A stretch of 61,809 nucleotides of DNA, filler included, from Vannella sp. (Eukaryota): the NCBI GenBank assembly GCA_023345925.1. It is 7 parts of 7 records of this genome, joined end to end, with 100 filler letters (N's around TTAATTAATTAA, not from the genome) between each part and the next. Parts side by side here need not be neighbours in the genome. Positions count along the whole stretch, not along the records: positions 12,420 to 27,199 come from JAJQQN010000521.1; 6 more parts are not named here. One strand, given 5' to 3'. The notes under the pieces are model-generated. The model ran no database searches and was not told the origin of the DNA. It saw nothing but the letters and a program-made list of their open reading frames with translations. Below are positions 12,771 through 24,046 of the stretch, in pieces (within the stretch, counting starts at the first letter, position 1; each line of letters opens with the position of its first letter). Both the position numbers and the translations under genes were made by a program.

Positions 12771-13221
12771 CCGTGGGGAGTCAGGAGATAATAAGGGCAC
12801 CTAACGATGGGAAAGTTGCCCTCTCAAAAACATATAAAAAGTCCATTCGTATTGACCTTGGTCGAATTTAGAGGTACTTTTTGGTAGAAGGCCAGCGGAC
12901 GTGGTTCAGCGGTGCGGAGGACTCTCCCTCTTGGTGATTCTAGCTGCGATAAGCTCGGAGGTAAAGGGAAGATGCAGCGTATCCCACTGCGTACCCAACC
13001 ATGCCATCAAGGTGCTCATCGATTCCAACGCACTGATGGTATGGAGCCTTGTTTCAGTTCCAAGGGAGATCCATCCTCCTAATGGGGTTAGTGTGGCAGA
13101 CTTGGAGTCCTTGAGAGTGGCGGAATCAGTGCCTGCTGAGCGCTTTATTGTGAGCCATCCCCTGACCAAGAGAAGATTGGCTCAGGCGCTGGGATAAGGA
13201 GTCTGTGTTCATGTTGAACAC

Positions 13222-13881
13222 CTATTTGTGAGGAGAACCGGTCAAGGCACTGCGAGAAAGACCGTATCGTCGACGAGCAGGGCCCTGAGGGAGGGAAATA
13301 CCACCCAGACCTCCTCCTGCACTCTTCAGGGAGGGCAGTTTCACTGCCTTACCCGATGTAGAGAGGGGAGCAGCCTTCTTCAGAGCTTTGGGAGCAGGTG
13401 CTTTTGGTGCAGCCTTGACTGGGACTGCGCTCTTCGCCTTCTTTGCGGGTGGCGCCTTCTTGGAGGGGCTGCTGGCGCGCTTGCCGGTGACTTTCTTTGT
13501 AACAAAGTCGTCTTCATCATCACCATCATCGCCTGGTACATCTTCATCCTCGTCGCCCTCATCTTCTGGTTCAAACTCTTCCTTTTCGGTCTTAGCGGGA
13601 GAGGCAGCTCTGCGGGGAGCAGCAGGCTTCACAACCTCCTTCTTTGGAGCATCTACCTTCTTAGCAACTACTTTCTTTGGTGCAGGTGCCTTCGTCTCCT
13701 TTGTGGGGGCCTTCTTGACTGGTTTCTTCGGCGCCCTTGCTGGTTTCTTCTGGATAAAGTCCTCTTCGTCCTCCTCTGACAGACCAGCACCAAACTCTTC
13801 TTCCTCATCATCCACCAAGTCTAGTAACTGGTCCTCTTCCTCCTCCCCTGAAAAGGAGTACTCATCGTCGTCCTTCCCCAT
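13222..13881 (-). CDS. Low-complexity acidic and Lys/Ala/Pro-rich probable nuclear protein
   Basis: 219-aa intronless ORF with AATAAA downstream (13144-13149); C-terminal RRYGLSR is weakly like the RAD51AP1 C-terminal motif. Confidence 0.7.
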   Translation of the reverse strand: MGKDDDEYSFSGEEEEDQLLDLVDDEEEEFGAGLSEEDEEDFIQKKPARAPKKPVKKAPTKETKAPAPKKVVAKKVDAPKKEVVKPAAPRRAASPAKTEKEEFEPEDEGDEDEDVPGDDGDDEDDFVTKKVTGKRASSPSKKAPPAKKAKSAVPVKAAPKAPAPKALKKAAPLSTSGKAVKLPSLKSAGGGLGGISLPQGPARRRYGLSRSALTGSPHK

Positions 13882-13924
13882 GCCGCCGCGATAAAATGAC
13901 CCAAAAGGAGGTCACGGAGGAGGT

Positions 13925-16264
13925 TTAGTGCGCCAAGAGAAGCTGGCGAGTAGCATCAAAGCCAATGATGAGCTTGCTGGACTCATCCTTCACAACGCAA
14001 TTGGATTGGAAGACGATTCGCCCTTCTTGCCAGCCGTTGAAGGTTCGCAAGTCGTTGATGACTTGCTGGGAGCCAAAGTAAGGGTGGGATATGACTTGGT
14101 TGTCGTGGAAATCGTGTCCTAAAGTGACGCACTCAAAGCTGTTGATGAGCATGGAGTGCTCTTGGTCCAGAACAAAGCTGAAGACTGCTTGGCACTTTCG
14201 AATGGAAGGCTCAGCAAGGTCTAAGGGGAAGGTCCAGACTCCATTGACACGGATGGGGTGGTAGGGAGTGATTTCAAGCTCTCCCAGTTTCACCAAGTCA
14301 GTCTGGTTGTTCTCGCAAAGGGTCTCGATAACGCATCGCACTGTCGCTTGACGACCAGATCCACTGCGAATGATGTCTCCTTGTTGGATGGCATCGCATC
14401 GCTTCAGGCTGCCATCTGACATGAGGACAAGGGACTGGCCACTGAAGCAAGGATTACTGGAGCAGTGGTATGCATTCATCGAGGAAGGTGCAGAGTAAGA
14501 ACTGGACGAGCCATACGAACTGATGCTGCGTGAAGGCTTTGGTGGTGGCAAGGAAATAAAGATCTCGTCGGTCAAGTCCCGGACCTCATTAAAGAGATGG
14601 CCCCCGTAAAACTGCACGCCAGGGTCCTTGAAGTTATTGCACTGCTGCAAAAGGTGCGCCCTGGCCAGGGAAGGGAGATAATGCCTCCCCCACTTGCTAA
14701 AGTAATCACATTTTGATGTTGCCACTGAAACCTGTCCTTCAGCGTCCTTCAATAACCCCTCTACAAAAGGATCAGAAGCGAATGGACTTGTGCGCGTTGT
14801 TTGAATCCACTTCTTGACAGCCTCATGGATGCTGTCCAGTTCTGACTTGCTGGTAGCAGTGGAGGCGATGCACTCCTGAATCAGATGGACTAAACCCTGA
14901 CGCATAAAGGAGCTTTCTACTGCAAGCGTCCGCTCTTGGATGTCTGCAAGACACAGTTCAGCAGTCAGGCGGTCCGGTTTTTGACCTGGGCTGTATCCAA
15001 GAATAGTGCGATACTCAGCGGTGACGGTGAGCAAAGGTTGCGCTGTGGATTCCTTTCCAGAAGTGGCATTCTTGGGCTTGAGTTCGAAGACAATGTCACG
15101 AGACTGTCCAAAATGGAGAGTCCCAAGAGAGGCAGTCATTCCCCACGACGTAGCAGTCACTGACGGGTGACTTTTGTAACCCACAGCTTCAATTGTGAAG
15201 TCAGATGAAGGCTCAAGAGATAGTGTGACATTCTTGGCCTGGACTGAAAGCAGATTGGAAAGAGCATTCACAAACGCAGTCCCAACAAAGGCGCTGTCGG
15301 GAATGAAGGAATACATTCCGTCACCAACTTGTGCAATCTGCTCCAAAAGCTGGCTTTCCATGTAATAGCCAAAGCCAAACGTGTTGATGGTGCAGCTTAA
15401 TCCGTGCTGATCAAGGTAGCGACGGAGCATGGGAATGTGGCCACGAGGTGGCTCAATGTTAGGCATCCCGTCCGTCAAGATAAAGACCGATTGAAGGCGA
15501 TTGGGCAGCTGGTCTTCTCGAAGAGTGTTCATTCCTTTCTCAAGCCCACCCCAGAGGTTCGTTGAGTCTTCCGTCTGAAGCGCCTTCAGCACCAAGTCAG
15601 CAGCAGCTTTCCCTTCAGGGTTCATGTGAACGAGAGAGAGGACTGTTACAGCCTCAGTACTGTACTTGACAAGAGAGAGTCTGTCGCTTGGCTCTAAAGA
15701 GCTGATGATCGTGGCTACCGCGTGCTTGACCACATCCAAGTACGACAATCCGTGAGATTCGCTCAATCCAGAGGCGTTTTGGAAGGTGGCTTCCGATTCC
15801 ATTGACCCAGAGACGTCAATGACGCAGCAGATGTCAACAGGTGTGCGTTTCCCTTCCATATCAGGCTTCAACGAAGCCAACACGTGAAACCCACCTCCAA
15901 CACTTGGGCTGGAAGACAACTGGAGCTCTATGCCAGAGGGCACGGGCGGGATTAGGATCGGGAGGTTCACGGACGATGCACTGGGTAAGGCTATCGCTTC
16001 AGTAGAGGCTTCAGCGATGATGGCGCCTCCGTTAGGGAGAATCTCTGCGATAAGATCCTTCAGGGCTCGGTTGGGAGCGAGAGAGCTCAAGGACAGGGGA
16101 GTTCTTGTTATGGGGGACGTTGTATTCTTCTTCAACCACGTCTCAATCGCAGATCGCTCGTAAGTGTTCCCTTCCGGATCCACAACAGGGTCTGTCATCA
16201 CCTCGTGGGTCAGCGGGCAGTAGAAGCTTTCAGGGACCGTCTCAGGAGCTGTGTTAGTCACCAT
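13925..16264 (-). CDS. U-box-VWA-Vwaint-Hint (Vint family) protein
   Basis: U-box FYCPLTHEVMTDPV...TYERSAI...SPITR; VWA MIDAS DVSGSM and LTDG; NNFKDPGVQ Vwaint; Hint N-terminus CFSGQSLV, ITPYHP (TxxH), CVTLGH and HPYFGS. Confidence 0.9.
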   Translation of the reverse strand: MVTNTAPETVPESFYCPLTHEVMTDPVVDPEGNTYERSAIETWLKKNTTSPITRTPLSLSSLAPNRALKDLIAEILPNGGAIIAEASTEAIALPSASSVNLPILIPPVPSGIELQLSSSPSVGGGFHVLASLKPDMEGKRTPVDICCVIDVSGSMESEATFQNASGLSESHGLSYLDVVKHAVATIISSLEPSDRLSLVKYSTEAVTVLSLVHMNPEGKAAADLVLKALQTEDSTNLWGGLEKGMNTLREDQLPNRLQSVFILTDGMPNIEPPRGHIPMLRRYLDQHGLSCTINTFGFGYYMESQLLEQIAQVGDGMYSFIPDSAFVGTAFVNALSNLLSVQAKNVTLSLEPSSDFTIEAVGYKSHPSVTATSWGMTASLGTLHFGQSRDIVFELKPKNATSGKESTAQPLLTVTAEYRTILGYSPGQKPDRLTAELCLADIQERTLAVESSFMRQGLVHLIQECIASTATSKSELDSIHEAVKKWIQTTRTSPFASDPFVEGLLKDAEGQVSVATSKCDYFSKWGRHYLPSLARAHLLQQCNNFKDPGVQFYGGHLFNEVRDLTDEIFISLPPPKPSRSISSYGSSSSYSAPSSMNAYHCSSNPCFSGQSLVLMSDGSLKRCDAIQQGDIIRSGSGRQATVRCVIETLCENNQTDLVKLGELEITPYHPIRVNGVWTFPLDLAEPSIRKCQAVFSFVLDQEHSMLINSFECVTLGHDFHDNQVISHPYFGSQQVINDLRTFNGWQEGRIVFQSNCVVKDESSKLIIGFDATRQLLLAH

Positions 16265-16427
16265 AAGAGCTAATTATCGAATGGATTCCCACAGCAAGCA
16301 GACCTCCGCCATTCTCCAAGTCTTCTTAGAGGAAACCTCTCGTTGCTGAAACAGAATAAACCCAGAATGAAAAGTTCCACAAACCTACTTTTCCAGGAAT
16401 TTTTGGAGTAAAGTTTGTTCAGTCGGG

Positions 16428-17970
16428 ATGGGGAACGGTGCAAGTCAAGTCCTTCAGGAGTGCAAGAAGGCGGGAGGCACTCGATTGGGTGTTAAATAAC
16501 TGTTTGTTGAAGGAGATTCCTTCCAAAGCTTTGGTAGGAATGGACCTTGAGCTCCTCAACGTGGAGGGGAACAAGTTGGCGGAGCTTCCCGAGGCCATTT
16601 GTGCGCTCTCTTCGTTGATAGAGCTCAACTGCTCTTCTAACCGGATCAGAACTCTTCCGCAAAATCTGGAACAGTTGAAGACACTCCAGCAGCTCCTCCT
16701 CCATCACAACAAGCTCGAACAGCTACCAGAAGGAGTCGGCAACCTCGCCCAGTTGCAGCTGCTGCACGTGGCAGACAACCGCTTGGTCTCTTTACATTCT
16801 AGCATTGGGAGACTAAGCTCACTAACGGCTCTCTTCTTGGAGGGGAACAGCCTACAGGCGATCCCACCAGAGATCGGCGAGCTTGGCTCTCTCACTTCGC
16901 TGAACATCGCTTCCAACGCCATTTCACTCCTACCACCTGATATTGGGCGTTTGACCAACCTTGCTTGCCTTGTCGCCTTCAGAAACGGGTTGTCCTCGCT
17001 CCCATCCGAAATTGGCCAAATGAGTTCCCTGGCCCTCCTGGATGTGTCAAACAACTGCTTGGAGGTTTTACCAGCAGATCTAGGACGGTGCATATGGCTT
17101 AGAGAACTTAACGTGTCAGAGAACGCTTTGGTGTCCCTCCCAAGCGAACTTGGTTTTTGTGAGCGTTTGGAGATCCTCAAACTCTCTCATAATCAACTGG
17201 AGGAGCTACCTGAATCATTGATAGGGATATTGAGCCTAAAAGAGTTGCACATCGCGTTCAACCAACTCACAAAACGGCCAGAATCCCAGACTATAGACCA
17301 GTTGGCACTCTTCGTGTGTGATGGCAATCCCTTCATTCAAGAGGAGTTAGAGTACTCTCTATGGGCTGCTCTGTCCATGAAGAACTCTTTCACAAAGTAT
17401 TCGCGGAAAAGGAAGTCCCAATGTCGATTGGTGTTCGACCACTCGACAATGCGCTTCATTTGTTTTTGCAAAGAAGTCAACCTGGGACCTGAGGAACATG
17501 AGTTCATGCTTGTTCGAGAGCTTTCTGAGGTCTTGGTTGGTCGCTGCACGTCGCGTTTGCGGCGCCACGGAAAAAGTGAGAAATGTTGCTTCTCGCTTGT
17601 GTCTGCTTCTGTCAGTTTCGAACTGGAAGCGGATTCTGAGAGTGAGTGCGCAATGTGGGTTGCTCTCTTCCAGCAAACAATTGCTTTCTATCGAAAGTAT
17701 CCCACGCCTCTTCCAATGAAACAACCCAGTGAGGGGTCCATGGAGCCAGATTCGATGCACGATATCCAAGCCACCAAAAACGAGCAAGGGGAGCTAACAA
17801 GCCAAGTTCCCTTGCACCAGAATCAATATCAGTACCGGTCTTACTACTCGAACAACCGTAGTTTGCCCAAGGGTTGCATTTGCAGGGTTTTCGTGTTGAT
17901 TTGGTGGGCGATGATCGATTCATGGACGAGGAACTACCAAGCCTACTATCCAAAGCGCCACCTCGATTAA
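16428..17970 (+). CDS. Leucine-rich repeat protein with C-terminal PH-like domain; apparent +1 frameshift near the N-terminus
   Basis: About 12 LxxLxLxxNxL repeats; FTKYSRK...FSLVS...FELEADSESECAMWV PH-like region; MGNGAS start is out of frame with the main ORF. Confidence 0.8.
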
Positions 17971-18393
17971 TCCCTTGGCCTTTGACTTTCTAATAATGCC
18001 AATCCTTCTCTTTCCTTGTCTTTACTTCTACGACCAATTCATGTCTATTACATGCTATCAGCTCTAAGAAGAACCAGAGTTTGGCACAGGTTCACCATCG
18101 ATTAGCGATCAATCAGAACAACGGGACTCTCCGATATGAATCAGAAGAACAAGACAAGCTCCCCTAGTTAACTCGTTTGTTCTTATCCGCCACCCCTGTA
18201 GCTCCATGAAAAGAAGGGTCAAAAGCTAAAACGCACGGTCTACGACATGCCAAAAAGCACTGACCTGCGTTCCAAGGACACCAATGACGGAGAAGACTGA
18301 CGAGCCAATCAGTGACCGACATGGGTGGAATCCTTCTCTTCATTTTGAAGAGGTGTAAAAGGAGGATTAAAATGGATATTTTGTTGAAGAACA

Positions 18394-18822
18394 ATGTGCA
18401 AGGAGTTGGTGCTCCCAACTCGGCTTCAAGTTCTCTCCTTGTACAAAAGGCTGATCAAAGAGTCTAAGAAGATGATAATGCCTGCAAGGAAAGCTTGGCT
18501 GTTACATCGGGTTCGCTTGGAGACGAGGGAAGTGCTCACAGCAACAGATGAGAAGATCATCATCGATCATTACCGACTTGGGGAGGTTCACCTTGACTCC
18601 ATTCGTGTCCAAGTGAACCAATATAACAAGTACATCCACTCACAAGAGCCAGAGGTCACTCTCGATCGAAAGATTGAGAAGAGGAAGGAAGCCTTTGATC
18701 CTTTCGATTCTGAGTCAGAAGACGAGGCTTCTTCAACACCACACCCTTTACAACGTCCTGAGATCATTTACGAACACTACAGTAACACAAAAGACGTCGA
18801 TCCTGCTTCAGTGAAGGAGTAG
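18394..18822 (+). CDS. Mitochondrial LYR-motif (Complex1_LYR) family protein
   Basis: VLSLYKRLIKES...LLHRVRLE pattern. Confidence 0.7.
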   Translation: MCKELVLPTRLQVLSLYKRLIKESKKMIMPARKAWLLHRVRLETREVLTATDEKIIIDHYRLGEVHLDSIRVQVNQYNKYIHSQEPEVTLDRKIEKRKEAFDPFDSESEDEASSTPHPLQRPEIIYEHYSNTKDVDPASVKE

Positions 18823-18879
18823 CACCGTATAAAGTGTTGCTCCTCTTTGATACATCAACATCCCTTACTGTACATCGCT

Positions 18880-19563
18880 TTAGTGGAAGAAAGAGAGTAC
18901 ACCAAAGAAGAAGGAGATGACCACAATGCTGAAGCTGGCCGCAGTCATCTGATCTGCCCCTTCGCGGATGATTAACTCGTTGTTTGGGTCATATCTCTGC
19001 ATGTATCCAAAGAGGACGAACAGGAAGAAGATGATGGTGCATACACACACTGTGACAATGGTCCAGTTGATAGGTTTGAGCTGTGGAGTGACGGAGAGGT
19101 CCTCTTGGCTCTCCGTATTCATTTGGGAGGCGGTTTTGGAGTGTACCCGAGGGCGAACCTTCCTGTTTGTAGATGACGATGATGAAGAGGTTCCTGGAAT
19201 CACTTCTGCTCTATCTCCAACCTCTTCTGCAGGCTCAGGTCGATCCATTTGGAGGGGCTCCCACTTCACTCGCTCGATGACGGTCATTCCCGAGAGCCCT
19301 TTCCTCTTGCAGATCTCCTTCAGTACCTTCAGTCCCACATGCTTTCCCTCAAGCTCGTAAGCCTCCCCTGCCTTAATCCGCTCCATGCTAACAACCGCCC
19401 CCAGCCCATGCAGTCGCAGGCCACCGTTCTCCACATTGAAGTACGCTTGGATGTCCTCCAAGCCACAGGACATCGCAAACTCCTCTGTCTGGTCCTTGTA
19501 CACCACGTAGAAGCTCTAACAGCCAAGTCAGACCCTCCCTCTCGTTCATCCCCTGCGTACCAT
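18880..19563 (-). CDS. Hypothetical protein with two C-terminal TM helices; first exon probably ATG only
   Basis: ATG|gtacgc...ctgac...tag|AGC TTC TAC joins ORF 18880-19506; two hydrophobic segments near the C-terminus. Confidence 0.6.
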
Positions 19564-19622
19564 CGCCACGTTGGCCCTATTTATGATTGCATAACGTTTT
19601 ACTTCTTGTTGCGCCAAAGGCG

Positions 19623-21718
19623 ATGACTCCCCTCCACCGTGCTTGCGTGCGGGGAGATTTGGAGGCGGTTGGGTTGGAGTTGGAGCGAGATTCGGGGCAG
19701 TTGGTTGTGCTGGTGGGTTCAATCAGGGAGTTAGTGATGGTACTAAGAGTCTGCATGGCGTAGAGCGAGGAGACGACAAGGTTTGAGGATGCTGAGGAGG
19801 CGGAAGTGGCCAAAAGTTCTCCGTTACATGCTGCGTGTCGATTGGGTCACTTCGAGGTGGTTAAGAAGTTACTTTCTCATCCTGGTGTTGACGTGAACCT
19901 ACTTGTGAGGCCATTGCATGGCTGTTTCCTCTCACTAACCCGTCGGTAGTGCGAGTTTCGGGTGTGACGCCTTCTACTCTTGGTTCTAGTTGATCTACTC
20001 ACAGAAAACCAGAAGGGGAATGCTCTACATACAGCACTGATCCAAAAGCACGAAAGAATCGCCCTGCTCCTTATTGACGACGGGCGCGTTTCTCTCCTCC
20101 AAGAGGTTTGGTGCAGCTGCGCTTGACTTTTACTCAAACGAAGGATGCCAGGGAGATAACAAAGAACTTCCAATCCTTTTGGCTGCAGATGGGGGCTTCC
20201 TCAAAGTTATTGAGGTTCTTTTGGAGAAAGCCGGAATTGACCAGATTCTCCAGCAAGTGAGTTCCTTTCAAAGGTTCCAGGAACATACTCCTGGCACGCA
20301 TAACTAACACATTTTCGGAAGGATGCCAATAAGGTATTCAGGAAGAGTCTTCTGATGGCAGTTGTTTTACTAAGTCAATAGGTTTCCCCGTTGGAGGCTG
20401 CGCTTGATCAAGAACACCACGATGTGGCCCGGCTTTTGATGAAGCATGGAGGAGACGATTTGCTTGCACTACGGGTTCGTACTATCAAACGGTCTGGATG
20501 GACTGAGTCTCACCGACCTGGGCATGGACCAGAATGATTATGGGGTCAGTAACTATTTCCAGTGAGACAGGCTGAGCTCAGCGGATTCCTTAGGATACAG
20601 CATTGATGTTTGCATGCGCCTTGCAATCGGAGGAAGCTGTGAGATTGGTTCTAGAGTTTACCAAACCTTCTCATTTGACTGAAGCTGTGAGATCAATCCT
20701 TTGATTGTTCGAAAGCAGATTCTAATCGGGAGTAGAATGATATGGGAGTTGGTGATTCTCTCCTCTGAAGGTTAAATGGGAAACTGACTCAAGGAAAGGA
20801 AAATCCGGTTCATTTGGCTGCTTCTTGGGCCTCTTCTGAACTTATGAAAGATCTTTTGAGCTCAGGAGTAGCAGAGGCACTCGAGATGAAGGTAACATTG
20901 AGACGACGGGTGGCGTTTATTGATATTGGTGTGGTAGAACCATGCGGGTAATATTCCATTATTCAACGCTGTACAGAACGAGGACCCTCAGTGTGTTAAG
21001 GCTATGCTCGAAAAAGATCCTGAGCACATCCACTGGGAATGTGTGATGGGAGTACGCGGGTAGCATTGAAAATTCCACTCTTGACTCACTTCTATGAGTA
21101 GAGAACTCCATTAACTCATGCTATGGATGCTGGTACCCCCTCTGTGATCCAAGCAATGCTTGAAATGACAAAAGAACCGGAAGATATCCATCGTTTCTTC
21201 TTCATTGCCTGTGAAACCAGTTTGGCTCTAGTAGAAATGATGGACCGCGCCTTTGGAAGCGTTCTCAATTACTCCAATCAGGTACCTTTTGCTACCTTAT
21301 GGTTTTGCGCCCTTCTCTAAGAATCAGCAAAGACAGAGTACAAAGAAACGGTTCTTCATTATGCCTGCCGTAGCAATGACCCATCCATTGTCAAGTTTCT
21401 TCTCGAGAAAACTGGAAAGGATCTCATTGTCATCCAAGTGAGTTCATCTCGTCTCTTAAGAAGCAAAACCACTCTAACGTTATGGCATTAAGGATGAAGA
21501 CGGGGTGAGTTAGCTCTGAAGTAGGGTTTCATTTTGTTACTTAATTGCAACAGCGGACTGCCCTAGATGAAGCTGAAGGTAACGAACAGATAATCCTCCT
21601 TCTGAAGAGCAAATTAGAAACACCTGCGGAGACTACCGGCAAAAGCAGTGGACAATCTACCCGAGGGCAAGAGGCCAAGGAGATTCCGAACCCACCCAAA
21701 AAGCCGAAGCCAAACTGA
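19623..21718 (+). CDS. Multi-exon ankyrin-repeat protein (about 9-10 repeats) with five 12-nt microexons
   Basis: Hand-spliced phase-0 exons: MTPLHRAC, SPLHAAC, GNALHTAL, LPILLAA, SPLEAAL, TALMFAC, NPVHLAA, IPLFNAV, TPLTHAM, TVLHYAC, TALDEA; all GT-AG. Confidence 0.85.
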
Positions 21719-22025
21719 TTTGAACGAAATGAACACTCGTTCCTCGTTCCTTTCAGACATTCCGTTCTTCTCAATTCAAATCAGGCTTCCCGAAAGAGGT
21801 GTTCCCTTTACCAATGATGATTTATTTATTCGATTGGGGTACTGTTTGGCTCATTTGACCATCCCCAAACGATCAAAAGTAGTCATGAGAGAAGTCACGA
21901 GCGGCGAGGGCATTTCTCCTTGTATGTAAACATCCAAAAAGTGAAAAAATCAAATCAGTCCAAAAGCTTATCCTGAAGAGATGGAGGTCATCAGGTCAAG
22001 CTACGCAAACACGAGTCACCAGTCA

Positions 22026-22240
22026 GGGATGGTTATGGTTCAGCGTTTAAAAGCCGTAAGGATTCTGGGGTGGCTGTATCTTCTTGCGGCTAAGCAACAA
22101 GCATCCCTAAAATCCTTCAGTGTTGTTATTCATTCATCCTAATCTGTCAGCTGTGGTTATGGTTCAGCCAGAAGAAGCAATAGCCATCCCGAAAACACCC
22201 GAAATCCTCACGGCTTATAAAAACTAGCCATAACCATCCC
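22026..22240. mobile_element. MITE/foldback-like imperfect inverted repeat (about 80-90 nt arms)
   Basis: GGGATGGTTATGG...AAGCCGTAAGGATT...GTGGCTGTATCTTCTT matches the reverse complement of the right arm (...AATCCTCACGGCTT...CCATAACCATCCC); no clear target-site duplication. Confidence 0.6.
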
Positions 22241-22269
22241 CGGTGCCAGTCGAATTTGGAGCATTTTAA

Positions 22270-23979
22270 ATGGATGAACAATTGAATTTCGCAGAATTCC
22301 TTGAACACAATTCGGGCCATCGGATTGGACAGAAAGTGTCAATGTCAGTCGCCTCTGGCCTGCCAGTTGCCTTTCGCATGCCAAGACAAGCAGCTCCTCG
22401 CCGAGGATTTCGGAGGGAGTCTGCGTTTCTTCAAAGTGCGCCCTCGCAGAGGTTCTCTCCATACGAGCAATGGGACCCCCTAGCCTTCTCTACCTCGCCT
22501 TCGACGACTTTCAAAAGAGAGCCTGTCATTGACCCTCCTCCTGTAGAGCGGTCGTCATTTCAGCAGGTCTTGCATGTTGTGAGATGTGTCTTTAAACTGC
22601 CCATGTATCTACTGGGGACAATGCAGGAGACTGCGAGCCTCTTGAAGAAGATGAGGGCGAAGCAGCCCGTTCTGGTCTTGCCCTTGCTGTTCATTGATGC
22701 ATCACTACGTGGGGTGGGACAGATCTTCTTCCAGAACAGCCCAATGACTGGTCTGATCATCATCGTGGCCATGTTTGTCGGTGGATGGTGGGAAGGCGTC
22801 TGCTCCCTCTTGGGTCTGGTTTGCTCAACCTTCACCGCAGTCCTCTTTGGCATGAATAGTGCCACGGTAGAGAACGGACTCTACGGCTACAACGGCTTCT
22901 TATGCGGGTCCGCCATGGCTCTTTTTCTTGAAGGACCTTGGGTTGGTTCGACTGTAGTGGCTATCGTATTCTCCTCCATCTTCAGCTCTGTATGTCCTAT
23001 CTCTCACTATCAATGCTCCACTGACACCTGAAAGCTGATTAACTTGGCATTGGGAAATATGCTGATTCCCACTTTCAAACTTCCTCCGTTCACGTTCGCC
23101 TTTAACGTGATTATGTACTTTACTCTGTTTGCAGTATTCAAGTTCGAGTACTTTCACTTTGCCCAGCCCTTCGGTTCTGCTGCTCTGCCAGTGGAAAGTG
23201 AAGCTGACTTTGAGATTTCAGCCTCGATTGTCTTCATTGGCTGGCTTAAAGGAGTGAGCCAGATCTATATCTTAGAGAACTGGATATCGTAAGCATAGTG
23301 AGCTATTTAGGTGTGCAGCAGCTCATCCAAGGGAAGGGGAATTATCATTCTCATAGGTATATCACTTTGTTCTCCCATCAGTGCCTTCTTTACTGGTCTT
23401 GGAAGTGCGGTTGGAATGCTAGTGGCGTTTCTCTTGGGTGCACCGACAAGCGAAATAGCTGCTGGGCTGTACGGCTATGACGCTGCGTTATCTTGCTGTG
23501 CCGTTGGCGGAGTGTTTTTTGTGTTAGTTTAAGGCTCTCCTGCTTCCGTCCCTCTCGTTCTGCTTCATCACTCATACTGTGGTTCTAGGTTGACGCTACG
23601 AGTAGCTTTCCTTTCAGTCTTTGCGGCGGTTCTGACGACGGTAACTCATGGAGCAATGGCAGCGTTCTTTGGAACCTGGGGCTTGCCACCCCTGACTGTG
23701 GCATTCAGTGTAGTGGCATCTCTCTTTGTTCTTCTCCAGGGAAGTGTGGCGGGGGCTACTGCGGTCCAAATCACGCGCATTACCACACCCGAAGCTCACA
23801 TCAGGCGCTATTGGCGGTCTCTCCCTCATGCCAGCAACCGCAAGGGCCCTCGATTCTTCTATTGGATACGAGCATTCGTTATCTCTTCTCATATGAAGAA
23901 AGAGGAGGAGATCCCGCCCGTTCCAGTCCCAGACAAGCATTTGGAGCCGCTCCCTTCGAGTGTGTTTGACCTCCCTTGA
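22270..23979 (+). CDS. Urea transporter (UT/SLC14 family), spliced
   Basis: LRGVGQIFFQNSPMTG, GLYGYNG, LPPFTFAF, KGVSQIY, GLYGYDA, LPPLTVAF repeated halves. Confidence 0.9.
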
Positions 23980-24046
23980 GCTGTCCGTGCCTCTCTGTAA
24001 TAATACGTATCATACTTGTAATAGCGCTTCATTGGGTCTCGCCAGG

